Shown piece by piece: positions 1 through 9,657 of a stretch of 64,000 nt of DNA. How positions within the stretch are numbered: position 1 is the stretch's first letter; every line of letters begins with the position of its first letter. The position numbers were made by a program, and so were the translations under genes. This DNA comes from Candidatus Spongiisociaceae bacterium (GTDB lineage: Bacteria; Actinomycetota; Acidimicrobiia; Spongiisociales; Spongiisociaceae), in contig OZ251578.1 in NCBI GenBank assembly GCA_965243835.1, positions 277,573 through 341,572 on the forward strand. Direction: 5' to 3'. Below the pieces are notes generated by a model, which saw only the letters and a program-made list of their open reading frames with translations, did no database searches and had not been told where the DNA came from.

Positions 1-810
1 ACCGGTTCCTGCGCGATGGGACGACAGGTGGCCCCGGCGGTGGCCGGTCGGCTGGGCCGGTCGCTGTTGGAGTTGGGCGGCAACAACGCGATGATCGTGA
101 TGGACGACGCCGACCTGGATTTGGCGGTGCGGGCGGCCGTATTCGCGGCGGTGGGAACCGCCGGGCAACGATGCACCACCCTGCGCCGCCTGATCGTCCA
201 CTCCGATATCGCGGCGGACGTAACCGGACGGCTGGTCGAGGCTTACCGGAACATACCCATCGGCGACCCGTTGCGGGAGGGGATCCTGATGGGCCCGCTC
301 ATCTCCGACGAGGCGGTGGATGCCATGACAGCGGCCCTGGAAACCGCCCGCGGGCAGGGGGGCGAGATCCTGACCGGCGGCCAACGGGTGGCCATCGCGG
401 GCTTGGCCGACCGGTTCGTAACGCCCGCCCTGGTGCGCATCGGCCGGGACGCCCCCGTCTTGGCCGAGGAAACTTTCGCCCCCGTCCTGTATGTGACGGA
501 GGCACGCTCCTTGGAGGAGGCGATTGAGATCAACAACTCCGTCCCCCAGGGGCTGTCCTCGGCACTGTTCACCGATTCCCTGGCCGGGGCGGAGCGGTTT
601 CTGTCCCCCGAAGGTTCGGATTGCGGGCTGGCCAACATAAACGTCGGCACTTCCGGGGCGGAGATCGGCGGGGCCTTCGGAGGAGAGAAGGACACCGGCG
701 GCGGGAGGGAATCCGGTTCCGACGCCTGGAAAGCCTATATGCGCCGCCAGACCTGCACCGTCAGCCGGGGCGGGGAGTTGCCGTTGGCGCAGGGCATCGA
801 GTTCGGATGA
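1..810 (+). CDS. Aldehyde dehydrogenase family protein (ALDH7/piperideine-6-carboxylate dehydrogenase-like), 5' end outside window
   Basis: [10 protein letters not shown], catalytic [13 protein letters not shown]-terminal [29 protein letters not shown] typical of the ALDH7 subfamily; reading frame is open from nt 1. Confidence 0.8.
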   Translation, partial: TGSCAMGRQVAPAVAGRLGRSLLELGGNNAMIVMDDADLDLAVRAAVFAAVGTAGQRCTTLRRLIVHSDIAADVTGRLVEAYRNIPIGDPLREGILMGPLISDEAVDAMTAALETARGQGGEILTGGQRVAIAGLADRFVTPALVRIGRDAPVLAEETFAPVLYVTEARSLEEAIEINNSVPQGLSSALFTDSLAGAERFLSPEGSDCGLANINVGTSGAEIGGAFGGEKDTGGGRESGSDAWKAYMRRQTCTVSRGGELPLAQGIEFG

Positions 811-1478
811 CCGGGATGGACGAGTCCGCCGGCCACACCGCCCCCGATTCGGTGCACGAAAGCGGCACCGTCGCCGCCTGGAACGAACGTTATTCCACTC
901 GGGGGATGGTATGGGGCCGGGAGCCGAACCGGTTCGTAGCCGAGTTCGCGGCCGACCTGGAACCGCGCCGGGTGTTGGACCTGGGGTGCGGGCAGGGCCG
1001 CAACGCGGTGTGGCTGGCCGAACGGGGGCATCGTGTGACCGGGGTGGACCTGTCCGACGCGGGGATCGCCGACGCCCGCTCCCTGGCCGGGGAAGCGGGA
1101 GTGGAGGTTGATTTCCTGGTGGCGGATTTAGCAGGGGAGTGGACCCCGCCCGCCGGGGCCTTCGACCTGGTTCTGCTTTCCTATCTGCAACTTCCGCCGG
1201 AGAAACGGATACCGGTCCATGCTGAAGCGGCGCGGGCCCTGGCCCCGGGCGGGCAGTTGTTTCTGATCGCGCACCATAGCGACAACATCGAACGCGGGGT
1301 GGGCGGCCCGCCCTATCCGGAAGTGCTGTTCGACGAGGACCTTCTCGCCTCCGACTTCGCCGATCTGGAAATCCTGCGCAACGAGAAGGTTTTCCGACCG
1401 GTGGAGGGGCCGGACGGCGCGGTGCGCGACGCCCACGATGTTCTGTTCCTAGGCCGCAAACCGGTTCCGGCGGACTGA
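807..1478 (+). CDS. Class I SAM-dependent methyltransferase
   Basis: ATG overlaps the upstream stop (ATGA); motif [29 protein letters not shown]. Confidence 0.7.
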   Translation: MTGMDESAGHTAPDSVHESGTVAAWNERYSTRGMVWGREPNRFVAEFAADLEPRRVLDLGCGQGRNAVWLAERGHRVTGVDLSDAGIADARSLAGEAGVEVDFLVADLAGEWTPPAGAFDLVLLSYLQLPPEKRIPVHAEAARALAPGGQLFLIAHHSDNIERGVGGPPYPEVLFDEDLLASDFADLEILRNEKVFRPVEGPDGAVRDAHDVLFLGRKPVPAD

Positions 1479-1653
1479 ACGGAGGCCGCCCGCTCCTCCC
1501 CGATTTTGGGGATGCGCCGCCGGGCGGCTAAAGTAAAGCGCAACGCCCCGCGTCCCCGGGAGTCGTCTTCCCGAGGACGGCGGGCGGCGAATTAAATAGG
1601 ACTTCGTCTTCGCCGGCGCTTACGGCGGGGCGCTAGTTGAAAAGGAGGACAAA

Positions 1654-2676
1654 TTGTCTTATCGGGCAATGTACATATGGTCGGACGGGACCGAGCCGAT
1701 GCCGTTGTTGCGCTCCAAGACCCACGTTTTCCCGGACGGGAAAGAGCCGGGCATCTGGGGTTTTGACGGGTCCAGCACCATGCAGGCCACCGGCGACGAT
1801 TCGGATGTGGTGTTGAACCCGGTGAAAGTGGTCCCGGACCCGTTGCGGGGCGGCGACGATGTATTGGTGCTCGCCGAATGCCTCAACACCGACAGTGAAA
1901 GGACGCCCCACCGGACCAACACCCGCGCCGCCTGCATGGCCGCCGCCGAGCGCTACCGCAGCCACGAGACCTGGTTCGGCATGGAGCAGGAGTACACGTT
2001 CTTCCAGGATGGCGGCCCGCTCGGTTTCCCGCGGCGGGGCTTTCCCGGACCGCAGGGTCCCTACTACTGCGGGGTGGGGGCCGGACGGGCGGCCGGTCGG
2101 GAAATCGTGGACAAGCACAGCCAGGCCTGCATGGACATCGGGTTGGCCCTCGTCGGCACCAACGCCGAAGTGCTGGTCGGACAGTGGGAGTTTCAGGTCG
2201 GCCCGTTGCCTTTGGAGGAAATGGCCGACCAGTTGACGCTGGCCCGGTGGCTTCTGTTGCGCATCGCCGAGGACTACGGCGTGGAGGTCAGTTTCGACGC
2301 CAAGCCGGTCCCGGGCGACTGGAACGGCGCCGGATGCCACACCAACTTCTCCACCCGGGAAATGCGGGAAAACTACGACGCCATCATCGAAGCCTGCGAG
2401 GCCCTCGGCCAGCCGGATCGGGTGACCCTGCACATCGCCAACTACGGGCACGGCATTGAGGACCGCCTGACCGGTCATCACGAAACCCAGCGCTACGACA
2501 CCTTCTCCTGGGGGGTGTCGGACCGGGGGGCTTCCATCCGCATTCCCTGGCATGTGCCCCACGAGGGCGGAGGATATGCGGAGGACCGCCGGCCCAACGC
2601 CAACTGCGACCCCTACCTGGTCACCCGGCTCATCACCGAGACGGTGTGCGAGGCCATCGAGGCGCAGGAGCAATAA
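1654..2676 (+). CDS. glnII: Glutamine synthetase type II (GSII)
   Basis: 340 aa; YIWSDGTEP...LRSKT...IWGFDGSST...FGMEQEYTFF matches eukaryote-like GSII of actinomycetes. Confidence 0.85.
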   Translation: MSYRAMYIWSDGTEPMPLLRSKTHVFPDGKEPGIWGFDGSSTMQATGDDSDVVLNPVKVVPDPLRGGDDVLVLAECLNTDSERTPHRTNTRAACMAAAERYRSHETWFGMEQEYTFFQDGGPLGFPRRGFPGPQGPYYCGVGAGRAAGREIVDKHSQACMDIGLALVGTNAEVLVGQWEFQVGPLPLEEMADQLTLARWLLLRIAEDYGVEVSFDAKPVPGDWNGAGCHTNFSTREMRENYDAIIEACEALGQPDRVTLHIANYGHGIEDRLTGHHETQRYDTFSWGVSDRGASIRIPWHVPHEGGGYAEDRRPNANCDPYLVTRLITETVCEAIEAQEQ

Positions 2677-2702
2677 GCGGCCAAGGGGGGAGGTGGGCGG
2701 AC

Positions 2703-2761
2703 GGGGGCTGGCTCGACAAGGGCCGGCCCCCATCTTTTAGGCCTCTTTAGGCCTTTTTTTG
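2703..2761 (+). terminator. Tandem GC hairpins, the second (aggcctctttaggcct) followed by a 7-T run; likely intrinsic terminator of glnII
   Basis: gggggctggc...gccggccccc then aggcc/ggcct stem and ttttttt, immediately after the glnII stop. Confidence 0.45.
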
Positions 2762-2796
2762 GGACTCTTAGGCGGGCGGCCCGGGCCGGAGGTCGC

Positions 2797-3450
2797 TCAG
2801 GTGCTTCCCTGCAGGATGATGTTGCGTATGTCGTCCGCCGCCAGATCGAACCCTTCGGCCTCGGCGCGGAACTTGAGCAGGGCGGTGCGCCGCAACTCCC
2901 CGGTGTCGGGGGCCCGCAGTCCCTGCAGGACTTCGCTGGCCGCGGCCGCGATCTGCAACGACGACTGCTGGGCGAATTGGTGGGCTTCGGTCAAGCCGGC
3001 CTGGGAGGCGGGGGGCGTGCGCAGGTCCACCGTTTGGCTGAACACCAAGGCGCGCGCTTCCAACTCTTCCATGGCGGTTTCGGTTTCCGAATAGGTGACA
3101 CCGCTTTCGTCCCGGTTGTCCCAGTCGGCGTTGGCCCGGTCCATATCCACCACCAGCTCGGCCAGGGTCTGCTGATCCTGGGTCAGGTTGTCCAGGTAGG
3201 TCTGCAGTTCGGCGGACAGCAGGGTGGTGGTGGTCGTGGACGGCTCTTCCACGGCCGGGTCTCCGGGGGCGGCGGTGGTAGCGGAGGGGGCGATGGTAGT
3301 GGTGGTGGAAGTAGTGGTGGAGGGGGGTTCGTCTTCGGGAATCTCGTCGGGGGAGAGACGTTGCACGAAAAACCAGGTGAAAGCGACCATGCCCAACACC
3401 ACAATCGGCAACACCCACCGTCCGGGTTTGGGATCAGGATTTCGGTACAT
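2797..3450 (-). CDS. Hypothetical membrane-anchored protein with Thr/Ser-rich linker
   Basis: N-terminal TM helix (WVLPIVVLGMVAFTWFF), PSTTTSTTTTIAPSATT low-complexity linker; no recognisable domain. Confidence 0.45.
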   Translation of the reverse strand: MYRNPDPKPGRWVLPIVVLGMVAFTWFFVQRLSPDEIPEDEPPSTTTSTTTTIAPSATTAAPGDPAVEEPSTTTTTLLSAELQTYLDNLTQDQQTLAELVVDMDRANADWDNRDESGVTYSETETAMEELEARALVFSQTVDLRTPPASQAGLTEAHQFAQQSSLQIAAAASEVLQGLRAPDTGELRRTALLKFRAEAEGFDLAADDIRNIILQGST

Positions 3451-3618
3451 CGCCTTTAACCATAGTGGGCAACTTGCGTCTAATCAGGATACCACTGAAA
3501 ACCGCAACCGCCGGTCAGCCTCCGCCTGCGTCCGAAACAAGAACGGCGGGAGCGGGACAGCAGCCCCGGCGCCTGTCCTTCCCGTTCCCTGTCGCCGGGG
3601 AATGATATTCTGAATTTT

Positions 3619-4860
3619 GTGCGACCAGAACTACGCCCGGTGACCAAGGAGCGAAGTAACCAGAACGGGTTTTCGCCGGACACGCAAAAGTGGCTGGCCG
3701 CGGCCCCGCGGGAGCGTCGCAAGCGATTGGGCCAATATATGACGCCCGCCCTGCTCCGGGACAGGCTCCTGGAACAGTGCGACCTTTTCGCCGGTATGCG
3801 GGTGCTGGATCCGGGGGCGGGGACCGGCGAATTCCTCAAATCGGTACTCGATCGCCAGCCGCAGGCGGAGGCGCATGGGTGGGATGTGGACCCGTCGGTT
3901 CTGTCGGTCGCGTGCGCCAACGCACCGGCGGCGCGCTTGGAGGAGCGCTCGGCGTTGGAGCCCTATCAGGGCGAGCCGTTTGACCTGGTGATCGGCAACC
4001 CCCCTTATTTTCAGTTCAACGCCCCCCGGGAAATCAGAACCTACTACGCCCGCGTGATTTCCGGCCGCGTAAATATTTTCTCCCTGTTTTTCCAAGCCGG
4101 TTTGGAGGCCCTCCGCCCCGGCGGGCAGTTGGCCTATGTAATACCCCCTTCTATGAACAACGGGGCCTACTTCGAGCGGTTGCGCGATTTTCTGATTGAG
4201 CATGCGGCGATCGAATTTTTGGAAATTCATCGCGACCAGGCGTTGTTCGACGGCGCCCAGACCCCGGTCCAGTTGCTCGTTCTCCGCAAGGGGGAGGCGG
4301 ACGCCGGCCGCCATGTGTTTATCAGGCGGAGCAGTCGCAACGGGTTTCGGCGCACCATTTTCTCGGAGCATCCGGCCGAGATGGAAGCTTCGTTTGCGGG
4401 TCGGAGCACCTTGTTCGATCTGGGGTATGAGGCCGTGACCGGTACCGTTGCCTGGAATCAACACAAGGCGGCCCTCCGCCGGGAGGAAGGGTCCGGGGTG
4501 GTGCCCTTGCTATGGGCGCACAACGTCCGGGACCAGGTTCGGTTGATGATGGACCACAAGCGGCCGCAGTTCATAACGAAGGATCGGCCCACCCTGTTCG
4601 GGCCCGCCATCGTGTCCAACCGCATCGTGGGGGCGGTCGGTTCCGCGGAGTTCAGGTGCGCGCTGGTGCCCGAAGGCATGGAGTTCGCAGCGGAGAATCA
4701 CATAAATGTAATTAGACGACATGGACAGTTTCCACCCAAGGCGACTTGGCGCGAGTTGCTGGATTCCCTGCAAGCCCCGCCGACGGCAACGCGGGTCGGC
4801 CTGCTCACCGGCAACACGCAGGTGTCGGCCACGGAACTGACACACCTTTTGCCTGTATGA
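3619..4860 (+). CDS. N6-adenine DNA methyltransferase (gamma-class; Eco57I/TaqI-like)
   Basis: GTG start; motif X GQYMTPALL, motif I VLDPGAGTGEF, motif IV VIGNPPYF. Confidence 0.8.
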   Translation: MRPELRPVTKERSNQNGFSPDTQKWLAAAPRERRKRLGQYMTPALLRDRLLEQCDLFAGMRVLDPGAGTGEFLKSVLDRQPQAEAHGWDVDPSVLSVACANAPAARLEERSALEPYQGEPFDLVIGNPPYFQFNAPREIRTYYARVISGRVNIFSLFFQAGLEALRPGGQLAYVIPPSMNNGAYFERLRDFLIEHAAIEFLEIHRDQALFDGAQTPVQLLVLRKGEADAGRHVFIRRSSRNGFRRTIFSEHPAEMEASFAGRSTLFDLGYEAVTGTVAWNQHKAALRREEGSGVVPLLWAHNVRDQVRLMMDHKRPQFITKDRPTLFGPAIVSNRIVGAVGSAEFRCALVPEGMEFAAENHINVIRRHGQFPPKATWRELLDSLQAPPTATRVGLLTGNTQVSATELTHLLPV

Positions 4861-4873
4861 GAAGCAAGGCTCG

Positions 4874-5752
4874 TTATCGGTCGATCCACAGATGGAAGCA
4901 GGCCGTCCTTACCCAGTGTTTAGCCGCAACACGCCCTTCCTTGCCCTGGTATGAGTTCTTATAGTTCGGGTAGATACGAACGGTGCGGTTGGACGAGATC
5001 CCCCGCACCCTGGCCTGCGCTCTGGGTATCCGAGATCCGCGGTTGGCGCCGGCTTTTCGAAAAATATAGTCGACGATGATGACTTCGTCTGCTTCAAAAG
5101 GGTTGGTTACCTTGACCCATCCCTTGCGCCAGTCGGCGTGCAACACGGTAGGCGCCGGCCATTCGGATTCCGGCTGTCCCAGAAGAGGGACTACCGCGCT
5201 TTTCTGCGTTATCCCATGGGCTACCGCGCGGGCGTAGTGCGCTACACGGTCGGGAGCGGGTTTTTCAACCGTGAGACGCTCCCGGAAATAATCGTACAGC
5301 CGCTCCACCGTACGTTCCTGCGAAGCCCGAACCCCCGCGAAGTCGCCGGCCAGCGCCATGCGACGGCGTTCCTGCATGGGGGCCGCCATGATGGAGTGGA
5401 GTTCCGTTTCATCTTCCATCATCCAGGCCACGGTTGAAATGCCCAGGTTGGCGTCCGTGACCTTTCCCGTCTTGAGCTCGATTTCCCTGTCGGAGCCGAC
5501 GACGGCCAGGTCCGAGCCTTTGATGTTGAGGTCGCTGGTACGGAAATTCGCATCCACTCCGAACATTTCCGCCAGCGTCTGACAAGCCCGTCGGATCCAC
5601 AAGCCCATCTCCTCCGGGGTTTTCCCCTTGAACAGGCCGGGACGGCGCTGGTCGGGCAGACAGGCGAGCCTGGGAACCAGGCCTTGCACGCAGTAGACGG
5701 GCACGGTCATTGCCTGATTGATCAGCCGTTCGAATTCGTCGAAGTTCGGCAT
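4874..5752 (-). CDS. Hypothetical protein convergent with the methyltransferase; candidate Type II restriction endonuclease
   Basis: Convergent, 13 nt from the MTase stop; possible PD-(D/E)XK arrangement GSDLAVVGSDREIELKTGK; no other recognisable domain. Confidence 0.35.
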   Translation of the reverse strand: MPNFDEFERLINQAMTVPVYCVQGLVPRLACLPDQRRPGLFKGKTPEEMGLWIRRACQTLAEMFGVDANFRTSDLNIKGSDLAVVGSDREIELKTGKVTDANLGISTVAWMMEDETELHSIMAAPMQERRRMALAGDFAGVRASQERTVERLYDYFRERLTVEKPAPDRVAHYARAVAHGITQKSAVVPLLGQPESEWPAPTVLHADWRKGWVKVTNPFEADEVIIVDYIFRKAGANRGSRIPRAQARVRGISSNRTVRIYPNYKNSYQGKEGRVAAKHWVRTACFHLWIDR

Positions 5753-5897
5753 AATGACCTCCTGACCTGGGCTTTTGCCGGTTTAGGGCCGGTTGGAAAA
5801 TAGGCGAAACAAGCTACTTGTCTTGGATCTTTTAATGGGGTATGTTGGTTAATGCGGGACAAACGAGCGAGGACGGGGGTGGAAACGGAGGACGGCG

Positions 5898-6719
5898 ATG
5901 TCCGCTTCTAGTTCACCCGAAGCCGGGGATGTGGTCACCGAGCACATCCCCTGGGAACAACTTACCATCCAACCGCCCAAGGACCGCAGGATGCTGTGGT
6001 ACGGGATCGCCGCCGGGGTGCTGGTGGTGGGCCTGCTGGCGGTGGTCATTTCCCGACTGGGCTCGTCGGGGGAGATGCAGCCGGTCATGCCGGCGGCCGC
6101 TCCCGCAGCGGCGGTTGCGCAACCGGCTCCGCCCCCGGCGGCTCCGGACCCGCTGGCGGTCGCCCCGGCGGCGGCCCCCGCTCCGGTTCCGGTGGCGGCT
6201 CCGCTCGCGGAACGGTCCCTGCTGTCGGAGGCCGACTTGATGGCCTCCGGCGGGGATGTTTCCCTGCGGTCGGCGGCGGCCGGCGCCGAATGGTTCGTGC
6301 TGGAGTTCTTCACCCTGGACCCGTCCGAGCCGTGGTTGGAGCGGGTAACCGCGGCTTCCGGGATGAGCATTCCCGCCGCGGCCGCCCCCGTCCCGCCCGG
6401 GGAGGAAACCGTCTCCTATGTGGAGTGGACCCGGGCCCGCTCGGTGGAGCAGATCGGCGCGGACCGCTTCCGGGTGTCGGTGTTGATGAGACGGATGGTC
6501 GCGCGGGACGGGTTGGTCTATCGCCGGCTCCCCGCGGAAGAAGCGGTGGTGGAAATGACTTTGGAGCCGGACGGCGCGGCGCGGGCGGCCTCCTTGCCCG
6601 TTCTGGGCCGCCCGGCGGCGTCGGCGCCCCGGGCACTGTCCCCGGAAACCATCGTGCGCCGTACGGACGAAACCGGCGTGGACTGGCCCGCTTCCGTCTT
6701 GGCGGCCGCCATGAGTTGA
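5898..6719 (+). CDS. Hypothetical Ala/Pro-rich membrane-anchored protein
   Basis: TM segment WYGIAAGVLVVGLLAVVI followed by a PAAAPAAAVAQPAPPPAAP linker; no domain recognised. Confidence 0.45.
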   Translation: MSASSSPEAGDVVTEHIPWEQLTIQPPKDRRMLWYGIAAGVLVVGLLAVVISRLGSSGEMQPVMPAAAPAAAVAQPAPPPAAPDPLAVAPAAAPAPVPVAAPLAERSLLSEADLMASGGDVSLRSAAAGAEWFVLEFFTLDPSEPWLERVTAASGMSIPAAAAPVPPGEETVSYVEWTRARSVEQIGADRFRVSVLMRRMVARDGLVYRRLPAEEAVVEMTLEPDGAARAASLPVLGRPAASAPRALSPETIVRRTDETGVDWPASVLAAAMS

Positions 6720-6751
6720 ACGCGACCTGCGCCGGCCGGCGACCCGCGCTT

Positions 6752-7009
6752 TCAGTCCGGGTAACGGGTTTCCAGGATGGAGCGGGCCCGGGGGATGATG
6801 GCCGCCCAATCGGCGTCGTCGGTTTTGGAGACGGTGAAGAAATCGGCGGTCAGGAACACGCTCGTCACTCCCTCCACGGCCAGCAACTCCGCGGCCGCCG
6901 GGTGCTCCGCGGTCGCGGCGTCCGTGTAGGAGGCCGGGCCCCCCACCGGTCGGCCGATCGTGAATTTACAGGCGTTGGGGTTGGGAGTGGGCTGGGCGTC
7001 GACCGTCAT
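6752..7009 (-). CDS. Nfu/NifU N-terminal domain-like scaffold protein (short)
   Basis: MTVDAQPTPNPNACKFTIGRPV...EGVTSVFLTADFFTVSK resembles Nfu_N; only the 3' 258 nt of a long spurious ORF is coding. Confidence 0.55.
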   Translation of the reverse strand: MTVDAQPTPNPNACKFTIGRPVGGPASYTDAATAEHPAAAELLAVEGVTSVFLTADFFTVSKTDDADWAAIIPRARSILETRYPD

Positions 7010-7120
7010 TTTCTTCTCCTCGGCGTCCCGTCGCTCCTTCCGACGCGACCGGTTCCTCCATCGTACCAGACCGCTCCTTCCCCCGCCGGAGGACGGGCTG
7101 GAGGGCGGCCGGAGGGCGTT

Positions 7121-8575
7121 ATGTCCGCCGCGGGTATTACCATCAACCCTATGTTGCGGATGTTGGAGTCGGAACTGCGGGGCATTCTGGGCGATGACCG
7201 GGTGCTGTCGGACCCGTTGGAGCGGTACGTGTTCGGCAAAGACGCCGGAATCGACCGGGGCGACCCCAGCCTGGTGGTGTTCCCGCACAACACCGGAGAG
7301 GTGGCCGCCGTCGTCAAATCCGCCAAAAAGCACGGGACGGCGGTGATCCCCCGCGGGGCGGGCACCGGCCTGGCGGGAGGAACGGTGCCCACCGGCCCGT
7401 CCGTGTTGCTGGTGGTCACCCGGATGAACCGGATCGGCGAAGTGTCGACGGAGGACCGGTGCGTATGGGTGCAGCCGGGGGTGGTCAACCTGGATTTGAC
7501 CAGGCACGTCACCCCCTTCGGGTTCCATTTCGCCCCCGACCCGTCCTCGCAGTCGGCATGCACCATCGGCGGCAACGTAGCCAACAATTCCGGCGGGCCG
7601 CATTGCCTGGCCGAAGGCACCACCGTCAATCACGTCTTGGCGATGGAGGTGGTCGTTTCCGACGGCGAGGTGATTACCGTGGGCGGAGCCGCCCCCGACC
7701 CGCCCGGCCTGGATTTGCGGGCCGCCCTGGTCGGATCCGAGGGGACGTTGGGGATCGTAACCGACGTGCTGGTCAAACTCACTCCCAACCCCCCGCAGGT
7801 GGGCACCCTGCTTTTGGCCTTCGAGCGGGTGACCGAGGCGGCGGCCACGGTGTCGGAGGTGATCGCCGCCGGGGTGGTGCCCGCCGCCTTGGAGATGATG
7901 GACCAGGCGATGGTGGAGGCGGTGGAACGGTTCGCCCGGGCCGGGTTCCCCACCGAGGCGGGGGCGGTGCTGATCGCCGAAGTGACCGGCCATCCCACGG
8001 CGGTGGAGGCCGAGTCCCTGCTCATCCGGCGCACCGCGGAGCGGAACGGGGCGTTCATCGTGCGGACGGCGGCCGATGAAGCCGAACGGGAGGACATTTG
8101 GCGGGGGCGGAAAGCGGCTTTCGGGGCCATCGCCCAGATGAAACCCGACTATTACCTGCATGACACGGTGGTTCCCCGCACCCGGTTGGCGGAGGCCATC
8201 GCCGGCGTCTACGAGATTTCCCGCCGGCATGACATCCCCATGCTGAACGTGTTTCACGCCGGGGACGGCAACCTGCATCCGCTGATGACTTTCGACGCCT
8301 CCGAGCCGGGGGTGCGGGAGCGGGTGGCGGCGGCCGGCAAAGACCTGATCGAGATGTGCGTGAAACTGGGCGGCGCGCTGTCCGGGGAACACGGGATCGG
8401 AGTGGAGAAACGGGACTTTATGCCGCTGGTGTTCACCGAAACCGACCTGGACGCGCAGGCCCGCATCCGGGAGGCTTTCGACCCGGACGGCCGGCTCAAC
8501 CCCAACAAGATCCTCCCCGAAGGCTCCCGCTGTTTTGATTTCGGCCGTCCGCCCCCCGAGGGCGCCTGGGTGTGA
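7121..8575 (+). CDS. glcD: Glycolate oxidase subunit GlcD (FAD-linked oxidase)
   Basis: FAD-binding PCMH domain (VIPRGAGTGLAGG), C-terminal GEHGIGVEKRDFM. Confidence 0.85.
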   Translation: MSAAGITINPMLRMLESELRGILGDDRVLSDPLERYVFGKDAGIDRGDPSLVVFPHNTGEVAAVVKSAKKHGTAVIPRGAGTGLAGGTVPTGPSVLLVVTRMNRIGEVSTEDRCVWVQPGVVNLDLTRHVTPFGFHFAPDPSSQSACTIGGNVANNSGGPHCLAEGTTVNHVLAMEVVVSDGEVITVGGAAPDPPGLDLRAALVGSEGTLGIVTDVLVKLTPNPPQVGTLLLAFERVTEAAATVSEVIAAGVVPAALEMMDQAMVEAVERFARAGFPTEAGAVLIAEVTGHPTAVEAESLLIRRTAERNGAFIVRTAADEAEREDIWRGRKAAFGAIAQMKPDYYLHDTVVPRTRLAEAIAGVYEISRRHDIPMLNVFHAGDGNLHPLMTFDASEPGVRERVAAAGKDLIEMCVKLGGALSGEHGIGVEKRDFMPLVFTETDLDAQARIREAFDPDGRLNPNKILPEGSRCFDFGRPPPEGAWV

Positions 8576-9657
8576 CGGCCGCGCCGGAGGCCGGGCGGGG
8601 CCCGTCCCATCCGCCGCGGGCGGTCCCGGAGACCGCCGAGGAGGCGGCCCGCTTGCTGGCCGACGCCTCCGCCGCCGGAACCCGGGTCCGGTTGCGGGGG
8701 GGCGGGACCGGGCAGGGCATCGGCTACCCGTTTCAGCCGGATTTAACGGTGTCCGCCGCCGGTTTGCGGCGGATCGTCGCCTGGGAGCCGGAGGACCTGA
8801 CGGTGGTAGTGGAGGCGGGCATGCCCATCCGGGAGTTGGAGGAAACCCTGGCGGAACGGGGCCAGACGGCGGTTCTGACCGAACGCCCCGGGGAGGGCAC
8901 GGTGGGAGGGGCTTTGGCGGCCGGGCGGTCGGGGTGGCGCCGGTTCCGCTACGGCCCGCTCCGGGACCGGGCTTTGGAAGTCACGTTGGCCACCGGGGAC
9001 GGGCGGCTGGTCACCGGCGGGGGGCGGCTGGTGAAAAACGTCACCGGCTACGACCTGCCCCGGCTGGCGGTGGGTTCGCTGGGTTCGCTGGGAATGATCG
9101 TCCGGGTCTGCCTGAAATTGTGGCCGTTGCCCCCGGCCCGGGCCACCGTGCGCGTCTCCTCCGCCGAGGAGGCTTTGGCCAAGTCCTACCGCCCGCTGGC
9201 CGTTTTGGAAACCGAACGGGGGGCTTCCGTGTTCCTGACGGGCACCCCGGAGGAAGTGGAGGGCCAGTCGGCCGCCCTGGGGGGAGACTCCTCCGCCGGC
9301 TGGGACTGGCCCGACCCGCCCGCCGGTCCGGTCCGGTTTTCGGTGCGCACCCCCCCTTCCCGGTTGCGGTCGGTCGCGGCCCGGTTGCGCTCCGCCGGTT
9401 TGTCCTATGCGGCGCAGTTCGGGGTGGGGGAGGCGACCGCGGCCGGGGAAGCCGACCCCGATTTCCTGAACGGCCTGCGCTCCCGGGCCGAAGCCGACGG
9501 CGGGAGCCTGGTGTTGTGGGACGCCCCCGCCGCGGTGCGGGAAGAGGTCGACCCGTGGGGAACCCCGCCCGCCTCGCTTCCCGTCCAACGGAAACTGGTT
9601 TCCCTGTTCGACCCGGAGCGGGTGGTTAATCCGGGCATCCTGCCGGGGCGTTTGTAA
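8572..9657 (+). CDS. glcE: Glycolate oxidase FAD-binding subunit GlcE
   Basis: GTGA overlap with the glcD stop; VRLRGGGTGQGIGYP, LVKNVTGYDL. Confidence 0.8.
   Translation: MTAAPEAGRGPSHPPRAVPETAEEAARLLADASAAGTRVRLRGGGTGQGIGYPFQPDLTVSAAGLRRIVAWEPEDLTVVVEAGMPIRELEETLAERGQTAVLTERPGEGTVGGALAAGRSGWRRFRYGPLRDRALEVTLATGDGRLVTGGGRLVKNVTGYDLPRLAVGSLGSLGMIVRVCLKLWPLPPARATVRVSSAEEALAKSYRPLAVLETERGASVFLTGTPEEVEGQSAALGGDSSAGWDWPDPPAGPVRFSVRTPPSRLRSVAARLRSAGLSYAAQFGVGEATAAGEADPDFLNGLRSRAEADGGSLVLWDAPAAVREEVDPWGTPPASLPVQRKLVSLFDPERVVNPGILPGRL

Noticed and set aside
1633-2733. 366-aa minus-strand ORF antisense to glnII
   Set aside because: Fully overlaps a well-supported GSII gene. Long stop-free antisense frames are expected at this GC content. 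Low-complexity Gly/Pro/Arg-rich translation.
5996-7120. N-terminal 375 codons of the 859-aa ORF 5996-8575 (Gly/Arg-rich)
   Set aside because: Only the part from the ATG at 7121 matches GlcD. The upstream stretch is a GC-driven open frame overlapping the 5898 gene and the Nfu-like gene.
7010-8392. Upstream 460 codons of the minus-strand ORF 6752-8392
   Set aside because: Antisense to glcD. Only the last 85 codons (6752-7009) resemble a real protein (Nfu_N).
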